64,000 bases of DNA, taken from the NCBI GenBank assembly GCA_040954595.2, contig CM082576.2:5306760-5370759 (forward strand), given 5' to 3'. The notes under the pieces were generated by a model. It saw nothing but the letters and a program-made list of their open reading frames with translations. It had not been told where the DNA came from and made no database searches. Each line of letters starts with the position of its first letter. The first letter of the stretch is position 1. Positions 40,213-51,391 of this stretch are shown here, piece by piece. The position numbers and the translations under genes are program-made. The DNA comes from Balanoglossus misakiensis (lineage: Eukaryota > Animalia > Hemichordata).

Positions 40213-40355
40213 ATGGGATGCGGAAGTACGAAGATACACAACCAAGAACCGGAGGAAAAACCCGAACTTACCGCCGAACAGAAAGAAACGCTGATACAGA
40301 CTTGGAAAAACCTGCACACAGACCTTGAAAGAATTGGCATGCTTATGTTTATGGG
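40213..40355 (+). CDS. Globin 4 exon 1
   Basis: Manual translation gives MGCGSTKIHNQEPEEKPELTAEQKETLIQTWKNLHTDLERIGMLMFM plus GG|gtaggt. Confidence 0.9.
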
Positions 40356-41296
40356 GTAGGTCGTTATTAATTGAACATACAAATTTTACAACAAAGTAAG
40401 GATATGATCATACAATTTGACCATATGTTGCTGAGTGTGGCATAGTAAATTTGTACCATCTGGACGTTAGTTGGTTAGCCATACTTTGATGTTGCGCAAC
40501 AAAATTGAATTTCTTTGCCAGCGAATGTTTCTTTCTTCTTGCACTCTAAGGATTTAGAATTTACAGCGTCACGTAGCGAAAAAAATCATAAACGCCACAG
40601 TCAATCAGTCTCAACGTTGCTTTCTTTGTGAGACTGAACATTTTTCACAGATTAAGGAATCGAAGGGGAAGGTTTTCAATTTCACCGTTTCACCGCACGC
40701 CGCCGTCGCTGGAAGTGAAATCTCGCTGAATGTGACATTTCGTGGTGTTATTCAATGAGATCTGTGCTGTTGATCAAATTGTTTGACACATGCCCCATTC
40801 TTGGTTTTGATTCGTTTTAGATGGAGCGTTTGTAATCAATGAATGTCGTCAGGAAAATGACTGCCTATTGGTCATTGAAACTGACTAAATTTCAATAGGA
40901 TTTCAATTCAAAAACGTTAAATGGAATTTTTCCTCCGGAAAACAGGGATTCTCAATACATGTACACCAGTATACTACAGTTTTCACACAAGATACACTCA
41001 TTCTGAAAGCAAGCACTGAGTTTAAGAGTCTGAAAATGCAAGATTAAAGAATTTGTAAATGTTTTTTATAAACTATGGGTGAAAATTATATGCTTCAATC
41101 GAATCAATATCATTGTACTTTCTGTACCATATGGCGAACTACCAACTAACCACATTACACGTACATGCCGGAAAACTACTAGTCTTACGTCTAACTGAGC
41201 AAGATAGTAAATGAAACACAAAAGATATTAAAAAGCACAGCTGGCTAAACACGATAATATTTCTTCGGAATCCACAAATCTGTATGCGAATTGCAG

Positions 41297-41525
41297 GTTG
41301 TTCGAGCACAACCCGGAGATCAAGTCGTTCTTCTTCGGCACCGAAGACATGGAGACTGCGCAGTTGAGGTACAACGAGAAATTGCAGGAGCATGGAATCC
41401 GAGTAATGGGTTTAGTGGAGAAGATTATTGCCACCATGGACGCTGGGGAAGAAAAGATGGACCAGATGATTCTGGATCTCGGCAAGAGACACGTTGGCTA
41501 CGACGTCCACGTGCCATTCATCGAT
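41297..41525 (+). CDS. Globin 4 exon 2
   Basis: Acceptor aattgcag|G, donor GAT|gtaagt, 229 nt. Encodes LFEHNPEIKSFF...QEHGIRVM...DLGKRHVGYDVHVPFID. Confidence 0.92.
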
Positions 41526-41777
41526 GTAAGTTTTTTCTATTTAGCATGTGGAGTCACTTTTCCGAATCACTGCGCAATGTCGTTTTCACGATTCATAAGC
41601 ATGTAATCCCTCCAATTATGCTTATTGTCGTGATGGTCACGTATGTACTGGATCAGTCATTCATAAAAAGCATTCTACGTACGTATTAGTATTAAAACCA
41701 TCCTTGAAATAAAACCGCACCAAGGCCGAGTACATGTACAGTCATTCACCAGAATCTTAGACTCTTTCTCTCTCTAG

Positions 41778-41942
41778 TTATTTGGCAGGCAGTTTGTGTA
41801 CGCCATCAAGCCAGCGCTGCACACTCAGTGGACGCCAAACGTAGAGGAGGCCTGGACGCAGTTATTCAAATACATCGGTTACCTGATGAGGTCTGGATAC
41901 AGCACTAAACTAAAACAGGTCATGCAAATTAAGCCGAAATGA
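41778..41942 (+). CDS. Globin 4 exon 3
   Basis: Acceptor ctctctctag|TTA. Encodes LFGRQFVYAIKPALHTQWTPNVEEAWTQLFKYIGYLMRSGYSTKLKQVMQIKPK, TGA at 41940-41942. Confidence 0.92.
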   Translation, partial: LFGRQFVYAIKPALHTQWTPNVEEAWTQLFKYIGYLMRSGYSTKLKQVMQIKPK

Positions 41943-42274
41943 CAGGATGGCGATCGAACAGTGAGAGAGAGAGAGGAACACGTAACTGTGAACCAAAAAG
42001 CAATCATGTATTCTGGATTTGTAAAGAGACTATGAGTCTCGCCGATTTGAGGTCCATGCATATATTACCTTGAGGTATTGAGGCAGTATAGCGCACTGAG
42101 ATTGCTCGCAGTGACGTTTTTCACGACTCAACTTTCCGAAATTTATGTCACATCGTATTCATATACAGTCACGTCGTATGTATGTATGTGTATGATGCAC
42201 CAATCCGAAACAGATTCATCATTTAAATACCCCATTACTGCTACAGGCATATAGAAAGATTACATCAGATAGAA

Positions 42275-42326
42275 GACTGACTGACTGACTGACTGACCGA
42301 CCGACAGATAGGTAGATAGATAGATA
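42275..42326 (+). repeat. Compound (GACT)n/(GACC)/(GATA)n microsatellite
   Basis: Direct reading. Confidence 0.8.
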
Positions 42327-45300
42327 GGAATGTAATGGCGTTTAGTAATATATTTCTGGACTTGACGGTACGTTAATAGACGGGTTTCGAGGAGAGCATT
42401 TTAAGAGTTAATAATTATAACATTTACATTGAAATCGATGATGATCGCTGTCGTTATGACGAACGTGATGGCGGCAGGGACTACTTGCATAACCTTTACG
42501 CACATATAAATAAATATACATGTTTATTCACATATCCGTCTGGTGTGCTGAGAATGCGAGAACGCCGGTGTGGAATCCACTGCAAGTGCTAGTTGTTGTG
42601 CGAGCAATATTCTTGAACAAAAGTCCCTCAAGAAACGCATGCTTATTGGTCAGTTCCGTCCCGCCTCAAGATGGCGTCACTGAAAGGGTGTTGCGTAATG
42701 TGCAAAACCAATTTAACCAATCAGACGATTACACAGGCAAAGTGTAGTGGCTCCAACCTTGTCACGGTTTGGATGTCTGCGATCCAATTGTTTGTCATTG
42801 GTGACGGGCCTGACGGCGAGTATGTCGAAATGTGCACAACCTATATAAAATGACATCAAATCAAGGCAGATAATCATTGTCGTTCAAGGTTCAAGCTAAC
42901 GTGACTACCAGGTTATCCAGGGCAAGCATGGAGCACATCAATAATTGGGTATTTTATGTACATGCATCGCTTCACATAAAGAGTGACACGCATGCATGCA
43001 AGGATTACCTTATTATTTCTCTTTCAGCTCCACAGTCGTCCAAGTCATTTGGCAGTTTGTGTGCACTATGGCATCAAAATGTGTCAAACAATCATTGTCG
43101 TTCAAGTTTATGAAATTAATGAGATCCAACTTGGACAGGATAAGACTTTCTTGGCCTAAATGATAAGTGTTGGTACCAAATGTCCGGAAAGGGGGAAAAC
43201 GTACCCTGATAGAATGCTATAGCCGTCAAGATCGACCCAAATCAATCAGTATAAATCCAGCAAAGCTATTACATCATTGTCGTGGGAATATCAGTCAACA
43301 TTTCAGTAACAGACGTCATACACTGAATATTGGTAAACATTGTTAGATATAAACCGATCCGGTAAACTTGCATTCAGGTATATAGTCAACTCCTAATATT
43401 GCCCGGATCAAGCTGTCAACGGATGAAAAACCAATCGGCAAACATACCCATATCACAAAACGCGTTATCAAGCTGTCTTGCTTGCAATTCCCTCGTGTTT
43501 GGATGCAAAATCTTTCTATCTGCCATGGGACTTTTTTTGAATAGTGATCTCGCTAATCTGCATTGAAAGAACCCAAGCATCTAATGCTCATTGGTGCCCC
43601 CCATGCCTTTCACTAAGATGCCCTCATATCACAGGCGAACCTCTTTGTATGTGTTCATATAAATCATAAACTCTGCAGTACCTTAGGAGTTGTGAAATGT
43701 CTACTTCATACAAACACGTTGAAGCTGATGTAATATCACTATAGACCAGCAGCGAACCATCCGCGGTATAAAGAAAGAACGGTACATGGTATCACATACC
43801 ATGATGCTACAGTCAATGCGTTTACATCATGCGCACGTGATTTTTTGCGGTTTGAATAGCAAACCGGGACTTGGACTGAACTCTTGACAATGCTCTGTCC
43901 CACTGGTGAAGCAGTAAAGTGAACGGGTATGTTTTGAACGCTTTCTGAAAACCGCATGATTCGTATTCATGACTATGTGACGCCGATGACAAGATATGAT
44001 CTAATGAAAAGGATCTAAACCTAACTTGTGACATAAAGCTGTGCATTAAAGCGGGTCGCGGCTTTCGCGGTCAGCTTATGACATATAAACTCCATGGCGC
44101 CAAATTTTGTGATTGTCTCCGGGTACCTTGTTGCTGAGTCAGTCGGTGGTCTTTCATACATTGGGGGAAATGGTTGACACCAACACAGATATCGTTCAAA
44201 CATCTGACCGAACTGGTCACAAACAGAATAGAATGGTCGTAATATTTGCCACTTCCCAATAAAAAAATATTAGACTCGACCGTTAAATTCGATGCCACAG
44301 ATTAGGGATTTTTATTGGGCTTGTTCAAAGTTGTTGATTTTTCCCGAGCATAAAGCTCACTCCCAAGATCCTGTACTGGCCAGTATTGTGTTTAGTGCGG
44401 GACATTTTTTTCCTGACGAAGATGATAAATAAAACGCTTCTAATAATAATAATCCCTGGGAAGGGATGACGATCGGAGACCTCTCGCGCTTTGATTCAAA
44501 CAAAAGATGGATAAATGCAGCAGCTGTTGGAATATGGACTTCTTGTATAGAATTCCATCTGTCATCGTGTTGGCATGGGAACAAATCTCTTTAAAGAGGC
44601 ATGTTTTCAGGCGATCAAATTAAGTTAAGGCATGCAAAATATGGTTCATCAAATTTGATGGAGAGTAAGATTAGATACAGACCGCGGATCGTTCCTAATC
44701 ATCATACTAGTGTTCGTTCGCCGTTGCTTTGACAATGAAGGCACGTGATTCCAACTGGCGAACAGGACAGTTTTCCATGGAATTGTCACAGTGGGTATTA
44801 ATTTCCACCAAGGAAAACCTTCAAGTCACTCCGGATTTGATTAGTATCCCAAATCGACCCATCTCTTTTCCACAGAAGGAATTTACAATTATTCGAGAGC
44901 CATTCACCAGTGCCATCATTGGAAAATTCGATTCTTCCTCGAGTGTATAGAACTTTGTGAGACGCCTGCCAAGGTCTGCCCAAGCATCCGATTTTCTACT
45001 ATACTCATATTACATGCTTGGTCATTAGTATCTCGCGAAATCATATTCCGTGGCTTTGGTTGCCATGTGATTATTATATTATACGACACTTATTGTAAGC
45101 TGTGCCTTGCGTTCTAGATTGTCATTTAGCATTCTCGCCATACAGACGTAGGCACATCGGAACCAAATATTCAGAAATATAAGAAGACATTTACCTTTCA
45201 AAATGGCGCCTTTAAATATGTATATAGGTAACCAATACAGTGCAACAGATCGCTATTCATGGTGCAATCAGAAAATTAATATTTTATTTTCAATTAAGCC

Positions 45301-48300
45301 TAAAAGTGACCTATGTCAGTACGGCGACGGCTTTCGATGTTATACGTTTCCCTTTTTCGTAGTGCCACAATGTGTCTAATAACATTGGCTTTTATTCATG
45401 TCTTACCCGTATTCTGTAATCGCAGCAGGGTTATAGTGCCGTCGAACGATCCGGATATGACTTGCTAATTCAACTAGCACACGAACCTTTTGGTCATGAA
45501 CCCATACATCCCCTTAAGCATTTCATTTCGCCGCGATTAATCGATGGAAAACCAATCTCCGCACAGCAAGACAAATTGCTTTGTATGTCTTCCGTTTAAG
45601 AGGAAGAAGCCGGCAATATTCTCTTGAACTTGGGTTGAAATTCAAATATAGACGATGACGATTACCGTTTGAATTACAGTTCTGTCATGCGACTACAAAG
45701 ACAGAACTGTTAGAGAAGTCATGAAATGCAGGTAACGTATCTGTTCGGACTCTTACTACAGTTAGTTGTCGACCTGTGTCTTGTTTTGACAACCGAAGAA
45801 TTTCTGGCCCACGTTGAAAATCGTCTTACCGTTTTCTGGCCAATAATACCGCTGTAGTAAAGTTTCGCCACGATATCCAACATATCGTTTCAATAAAAAT
45901 ATGCATGTTTTTGTTGTTGTTTAATGTCTTATGGCAGTCAAGAGTTTTGGACAAAAGAATGATCGCCACAGAGTCGCTGTTGAAGAACGCCACCAATGAA
46001 TATACGTCTGACACAAGAGTAAGTGCAACGTTTCCGACCGTTCGGGGCGCTGTTCCAGCAAGGGTTGAAAAGATAGCTAACATAGAACCAAGGTTCAATG
46101 CATCCAAGTTGCGCCACCTGTGTCCAGACGAGTTTCATGTACTTCAAAAAAGTACGCTCTCATAAACAACGTTCATCGGCGCAGTATAGGGTGAAGAGCA
46201 GACGGCAGCAGCTTTTGTTTTTGTCTATATCCTCGGTTCCGTCTTTCAACTGCGGGATTCTCTTTCATCAGCGCAGATTTATACCCAGCGTGGCATCTTG
46301 TGACTCGAGAGACTGTAAACCACACAGTGCCTGTCCCATTACTGGACCGTGATGTATCTGTGATAGGGACAACCCAGCAAACGCTTGCAAATAAATTCTA
46401 GTGGAATGCGCATGAGTCGTGATTGAAGTCGAGCGGCGAGACTTTTCTGTGATTTAAGTGTAATTGTACTGTGCAAGTTAACAATTTCATGGTTTTCTAG
46501 GATGGTTTCCATTCATGTCCCTGGAGACAACTTAAGACTGAATTGTTGCCACGCTAGTGACACTGTTCTTTGAAATGTCTGCATGAACGCTGACCTATTA
46601 TGCAAACATATTAACTTCGTAGCAAACATTGGAGTTCATACCTTCTTGCCCTAACCTTGAGAAGGGCATCAGTTTGAACGAACTATTCTGCTATAGTTTA
46701 GAATACAGAATTTATTGCGACACGAAGGCCAGGTGACTGTACCATCAGCCTTAAATCATGTCACACGGCGTATGGACACAGAAGACAGTGTAGATGTATA
46801 AAAGGGAAGCCGCTATGGATGTCTCTCCCGTGGATGGATTGCGGGAACAACCGCCATCTTACAATTTCCAGTGCCATCATTTGGGAATAGAGGACGTTAA
46901 AATGTTATCTTCGCAAATTGGCGGCTTTTTATAGCAAATAAGCGCGGTTGATTTATTTTGATCGGAAAAGGGGAAATATTGTTGTTACATTTGTGTGCCT
47001 TTGTCGTCATCAGTCATGACTCTGTTTACTCTGAATGGTGTGAATAATTTAACTGATAGAAATTGAAACTAATTTACCTTGGAAAGTGTGCGTGCATTAT
47101 TTCGGAATAGGCGTCAAGGTCTATATCTCTTGTCACGAGCCACCATAAAAAGGATTTGCATTTCAATAAGTTATTAATTATTACACAGCCGTTATTTGCA
47201 AAGGCCACCTGTGACTGTCTGATAACAGGATGCCTCACGGTTCAAGTTAAAACTCACCGCACTTACTATCAATGCATATACTAAACTATTTGCATACAGT
47301 AGTCACGATTATAAGCGCAATTATCATTCAAGCCGAACAAATTAAGCTTTTCGCTTACGTTTTGCATCCTAATAAGATGATTTCAAACTTCATGATGATG
47401 ATTTTTGTTTTAAGACGATGCAACGAAAATGTTACATACTAGTTCTGTGCGTTACATCAGACATCCACCCCCCCCCCCCCACACACACACACATGTTGCT
47501 ATTACAGATTACAGCCTAACCCTTGACTCATCGTTGCCTTAGAAATTGTTACCATGGAAAGCTGCCATAGAAACGCGTAGGTATAAGATAGTAACCTTTC
47601 GGAGGCGGCACCCATTCTCGACGTGGGCGACGTTACATTTCTTCTGAAAGGCATTTTACCAAAACATTGATTTTTCGACCTTTAAAGTCCGAATCGTATC
47701 CATGCAGCTTCCGGTTTTTACAAAAGTTGCAACATCAAAGTCAAAGCTGGGGCAATCGTTTGTTCAATTTTCCACGTCGCTTTGGCTTGGAACAAACTCT
47801 ATGCAGAATAACCTGCAGCGCCACATTAATCGGCGTGGGATAAAGCCACGTGTTTTGATGTATGTTTATTGCTGTCGGTTTTCATTATTATACGATGGTG
47901 ATGATGATGATACTGGCAACGATTAATGACACGTTATTAGATTAAATTTCATAAATTATTAAATTTAATTTAATCTCGTGAGTGTGCATGGGGCAAACTC
48001 AGCCTTGAGGCTATCGATGCACACAGCAAAACCGAGTGATTAAATGTTGTTATTGTTAATAATTGTAATAGATGGACGAACTCCATTCAGCTTTAAATGG
48101 TTTGAGACACTTTGGATCTTCAAGATATTTTATTGTCAGAAAAGAAAGCTCTGATATCTTTTGTCAGTAATTAACGAAACGACAAAATACCATCTGTGAA
48201 ATATTTGCAATGACAATTACGTTCGATAATTTTAATGACAGGGAAGAAACAGTGATGTTTGTATGTTCATTCAAAGCTGCGTGTCACGAGAAGCCGCGAC

Positions 48301-50565
48301 CCAACAGAGAGTTTCCGAACAACCGGTTCAAAGGGAACGGTATTCATCCACGACGGCGGCTACCATCAAAATCCATCATCATATCCCCTCAGATTCGCAC
48401 TACCAACTTTCACTAACGCATTGACATGTTCAAAACTTACATGTACTTGGGCGTCGTATCCACCTTCCTTCCAGCAACTGCTTGGGTAAAAAAACGGGGA
48501 CGCATACACGTGGACTTCCAAATTTAATACGGAAAAAACCCAATTACACGGACGCCTGCGCACTGACCGCACACGCCAGGTCAAATAAAGCGCAATGCGA
48601 CAAACGAAACTATGAATATGCATTGAATTCATGACATTGATGCTATGATGATTGAATCACTATCTTCAACTGGAAGATCTGCATTTAACGAACTGTACAT
48701 TGACGCTAAATTTCTGAAGTACTTTTAGCGCAATGATAAGAAAAACGATCGTTCACGCGATCGGGATGTCAAACGTACGCCACGGGGCATAGAAAGATAT
48801 ACGGGTAATGATGTCGCTGCGGTCTGGCAATTATTCCCGATGTTCGCATGCAGCCTTGGTGTAGATGTGACCTTAAAGTGGGTCGTGTAGTTGATTCCAC
48901 CCACGGCAAACTTGGTGTCTTTACAATTTCAAGTCAACGGGTGATTGTCACCGAGCCGTTTCGTGTGGATGCGCTCCATATCCCCCCGGGGTAGCAATCT
49001 TTGGGGCTAGGATTATACCGTCCAAACATACATGTACGTCACGTTCGCGAGTGCTTCTAAACAAGGTTTAGATGTTTTCGACCTGTTTTTAGAAGCGAAG
49101 TTGTCCAAAATCATGGCCGGAATCACGACCTACATCCGAAAACCCCGGTTGCTGGGCGTGCCCACAGACTTGTTAGTAGCTCCCGATAGCTGTAATTCGG
49201 TCATGCACAATAACATTTCAATTCTCATTTCTGTATCTTCTTCCAGACTTCCAAGTGATTCTTTGGAACCTCAAAGACTTCGATTTAATGACGCTTAGAT
49301 AGAGTTTGAAGAAAAATATCGACGGGCACATCCGCAATGCGGATTGATTCAGTTAAAAATCGAAAACGTGTACCGAAAGTTAAACTGTCGCATTTGCTAT
49401 TGATACAGTTTACATGCAATTTGTGATGTCGCGTTGCCGATTGGGATGGCATGAAGACGGAACTTTAAACGCAGAAGCACTTGTCGGTAATTGGAAAATC
49501 ACGTGGGTGTGTCAAAAGAAAACATTGTTATTCGGTTTAGAGTCGCTTAATAACAGCAAACGTTCTTCTCGACTCGACACTGAGGCAGGGATGACGGCAT
49601 CGTTGGCTGACCTTTGGCCTTGTGTAACTATAGAAAACGGGGGAGGCGAAAAACGAACGGGATCACGTCACTGTATTTTTATAGGGTTGTTTCCGAGGTC
49701 AGCTTAATCCCCTACTCCGTCGTTTCGTGAAGTTCGCGAGTGAAGACAAATAATAAAACCACCAATTATTGTCAAATGTCGAGGAAAGAGCCCGTTAAAA
49801 GTATACTCATGCACGTGATGACCCTAAATATGTTGTAATCGTAGTGCCCCATCTTTCAAATTGTTCAGTCTGTTGTGATCTGCATTCGATCTCTGATTTT
49901 TGCCGCTTCGTATTGATCCAAATGTTTTTTTCTTGTCATATTAGGCAAATGAACCGGGACAATGAGCCCTGCTGAACGGTAACGAAAAACGCTTTGAATA
50001 GTGTAAAAATACCAAGTCCAGTTGATATGAAAATGTCTTGACAGGTTATATTCTGAGTATTTCCGGGGAGGAATATATCACGACTATTAGTGTCATTATA
50101 TATTTTTGTCGCTCAATCGTCGGAAAATGAATTGCTAAATTCCTGCTCTCTCACTGGTCACGATTTCTGCATTGTTACCTTCGATGAAAAATCTTGCTTT
50201 ATCTTTAAGAATGTGAGTCGGATTAATATCAAAGCCTGTAATTATAGAACAGGATAAAAGGAAGCCCTATACTCTGCAAGGCTGTCGGTATGAGGAAACA
50301 CTTTAACTGCCCACTGCGTGAATGTAATTTATTGATAAAATAGTTTTAAGGAGAAGTTACTGAGCAACAAGGAAGGAATCTGTAGTCTGGTTTCATGGGG
50401 GAAAGGATCCACCGAAAGGGACATCGGCCAACCGAATGATGTACAATGTCGCAACTGTCACGTGCCCAGACGAAATTGCCTGGATGATTTACACCTTGAT
50501 CCAAAACATATATTGAGATGACGATGAAGATGAAGATAACGACAGCGACGATGATGGTGGTGGCA

Positions 50566-50694
<129 letters not shown>

Positions 50695-50756
50695 CCATGA
50701 CAGACCCACCATGAAAAGAACCGAGCTTGCGTTCGAATTATAAATAAATCAATGAT

Positions 50757-50762
50757 TTTATT
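50757..50762 (-). promoter_or_regulatory. Candidate polyadenylation signal of the EH-like gene
   Basis: AATAAA on the - strand about 385 nt after the stop codon. Confidence 0.45.
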
Positions 50763-50939
50763 CTATTTCGAACATATGATACACAAAGTAAAATACACGT
50801 TTCTCAATAACACATTTAAATCTTGTTGGATGTTTGCAACGCAGAATCTCGTAGTTGTGCCGTTATCGTGAAGTAAATTTCGCAGTTCTAATACGTCATC
50901 AGTTTCATCCGAGTCAAGGGGATCAACATCCGATACGAC

Positions 50940-50985
50940 GGTGGTGGTGGTGGTGGTGGTGGCTGTTGTTGTTGTTGTTGTTGTT
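50940..50985 (+). repeat. (GGT)n/(GTT)n microsatellite in the presumed EH-like 3' UTR
   Basis: Direct reading. Confidence 0.85.
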
Positions 50986-51145
50986 TCCATCCCACTTCGT
51001 TGAAGGGCACGTGATGCCAGTGACGTCATCGGATGTCGGATCCCGGCGACAGAGATGTAGTTTCGGATCAACAGAACGTAAATGAACACCATCGGTTTGT
51101 TGTATTTTATATATGTGAAATGTCCTATCGCCAAGTCTCCTTTTT

Positions 51146-51391
51146 TTAGAAGTGCCTGTTGCATTGCACGTCGGGCAGGCCGTTGAAGCGGCAGTTATTC
51201 ACACAGGTGCTCAGCTTGTAATTCTTGAAGATAAACGAACACGAGTGGCAACTCTGTGCGCACTGCTGTTGCATTGACCGTCTCGCCAGCAGCGAGAGTT
51301 GATCGTAACCTGTGTCTTCCTCCTGCACTTGCGCCTCTGTGTTGGCCCACACACAGACTAAGACGGCGAGAAATAGCACGGCGGTCTTCAT
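51146..51391 (-). CDS. Secreted six-cysteine neuropeptide precursor, eclosion hormone-like (81 aa)
   Basis: Encodes MKTAVLFLAVLVCVWANTEA (signal-like), QVQEEDTGYDQLSLLA, RR, then SMQQQCAQSCHSCSFIFKNYKLSTCVNNCRFNGLPDVQCNRHF. Cys pattern is C-x3-C-x2-C-x11-C-x3-C-x9-C. The ATG lies directly after a strong polypyrimidine acceptor (ctctctccattccgcag|ATG). Confidence 0.82.
   Translation of the reverse strand: MKTAVLFLAVLVCVWANTEAQVQEEDTGYDQLSLLARRSMQQQCAQSCHSCSFIFKNYKLSTCVNNCRFNGLPDVQCNRHF

Larger units (their letters stand above)
40213..41942 (+). other. Globin gene 4 (globin X-like, 178 aa), join(40213..40355,41297..41525,41778..41942)
   Basis: Three exons splice in frame into a complete globin starting MGCGSTK. 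Introns are short (941 and 252 nt). Confidence 0.92.

Noticed and set aside
9600-40213. RCGTG hypoxia-response-element cores near globin starts
   Set aside because: The 5-mer occurs throughout the window. Enrichment cannot be claimed without counting and conservation data.
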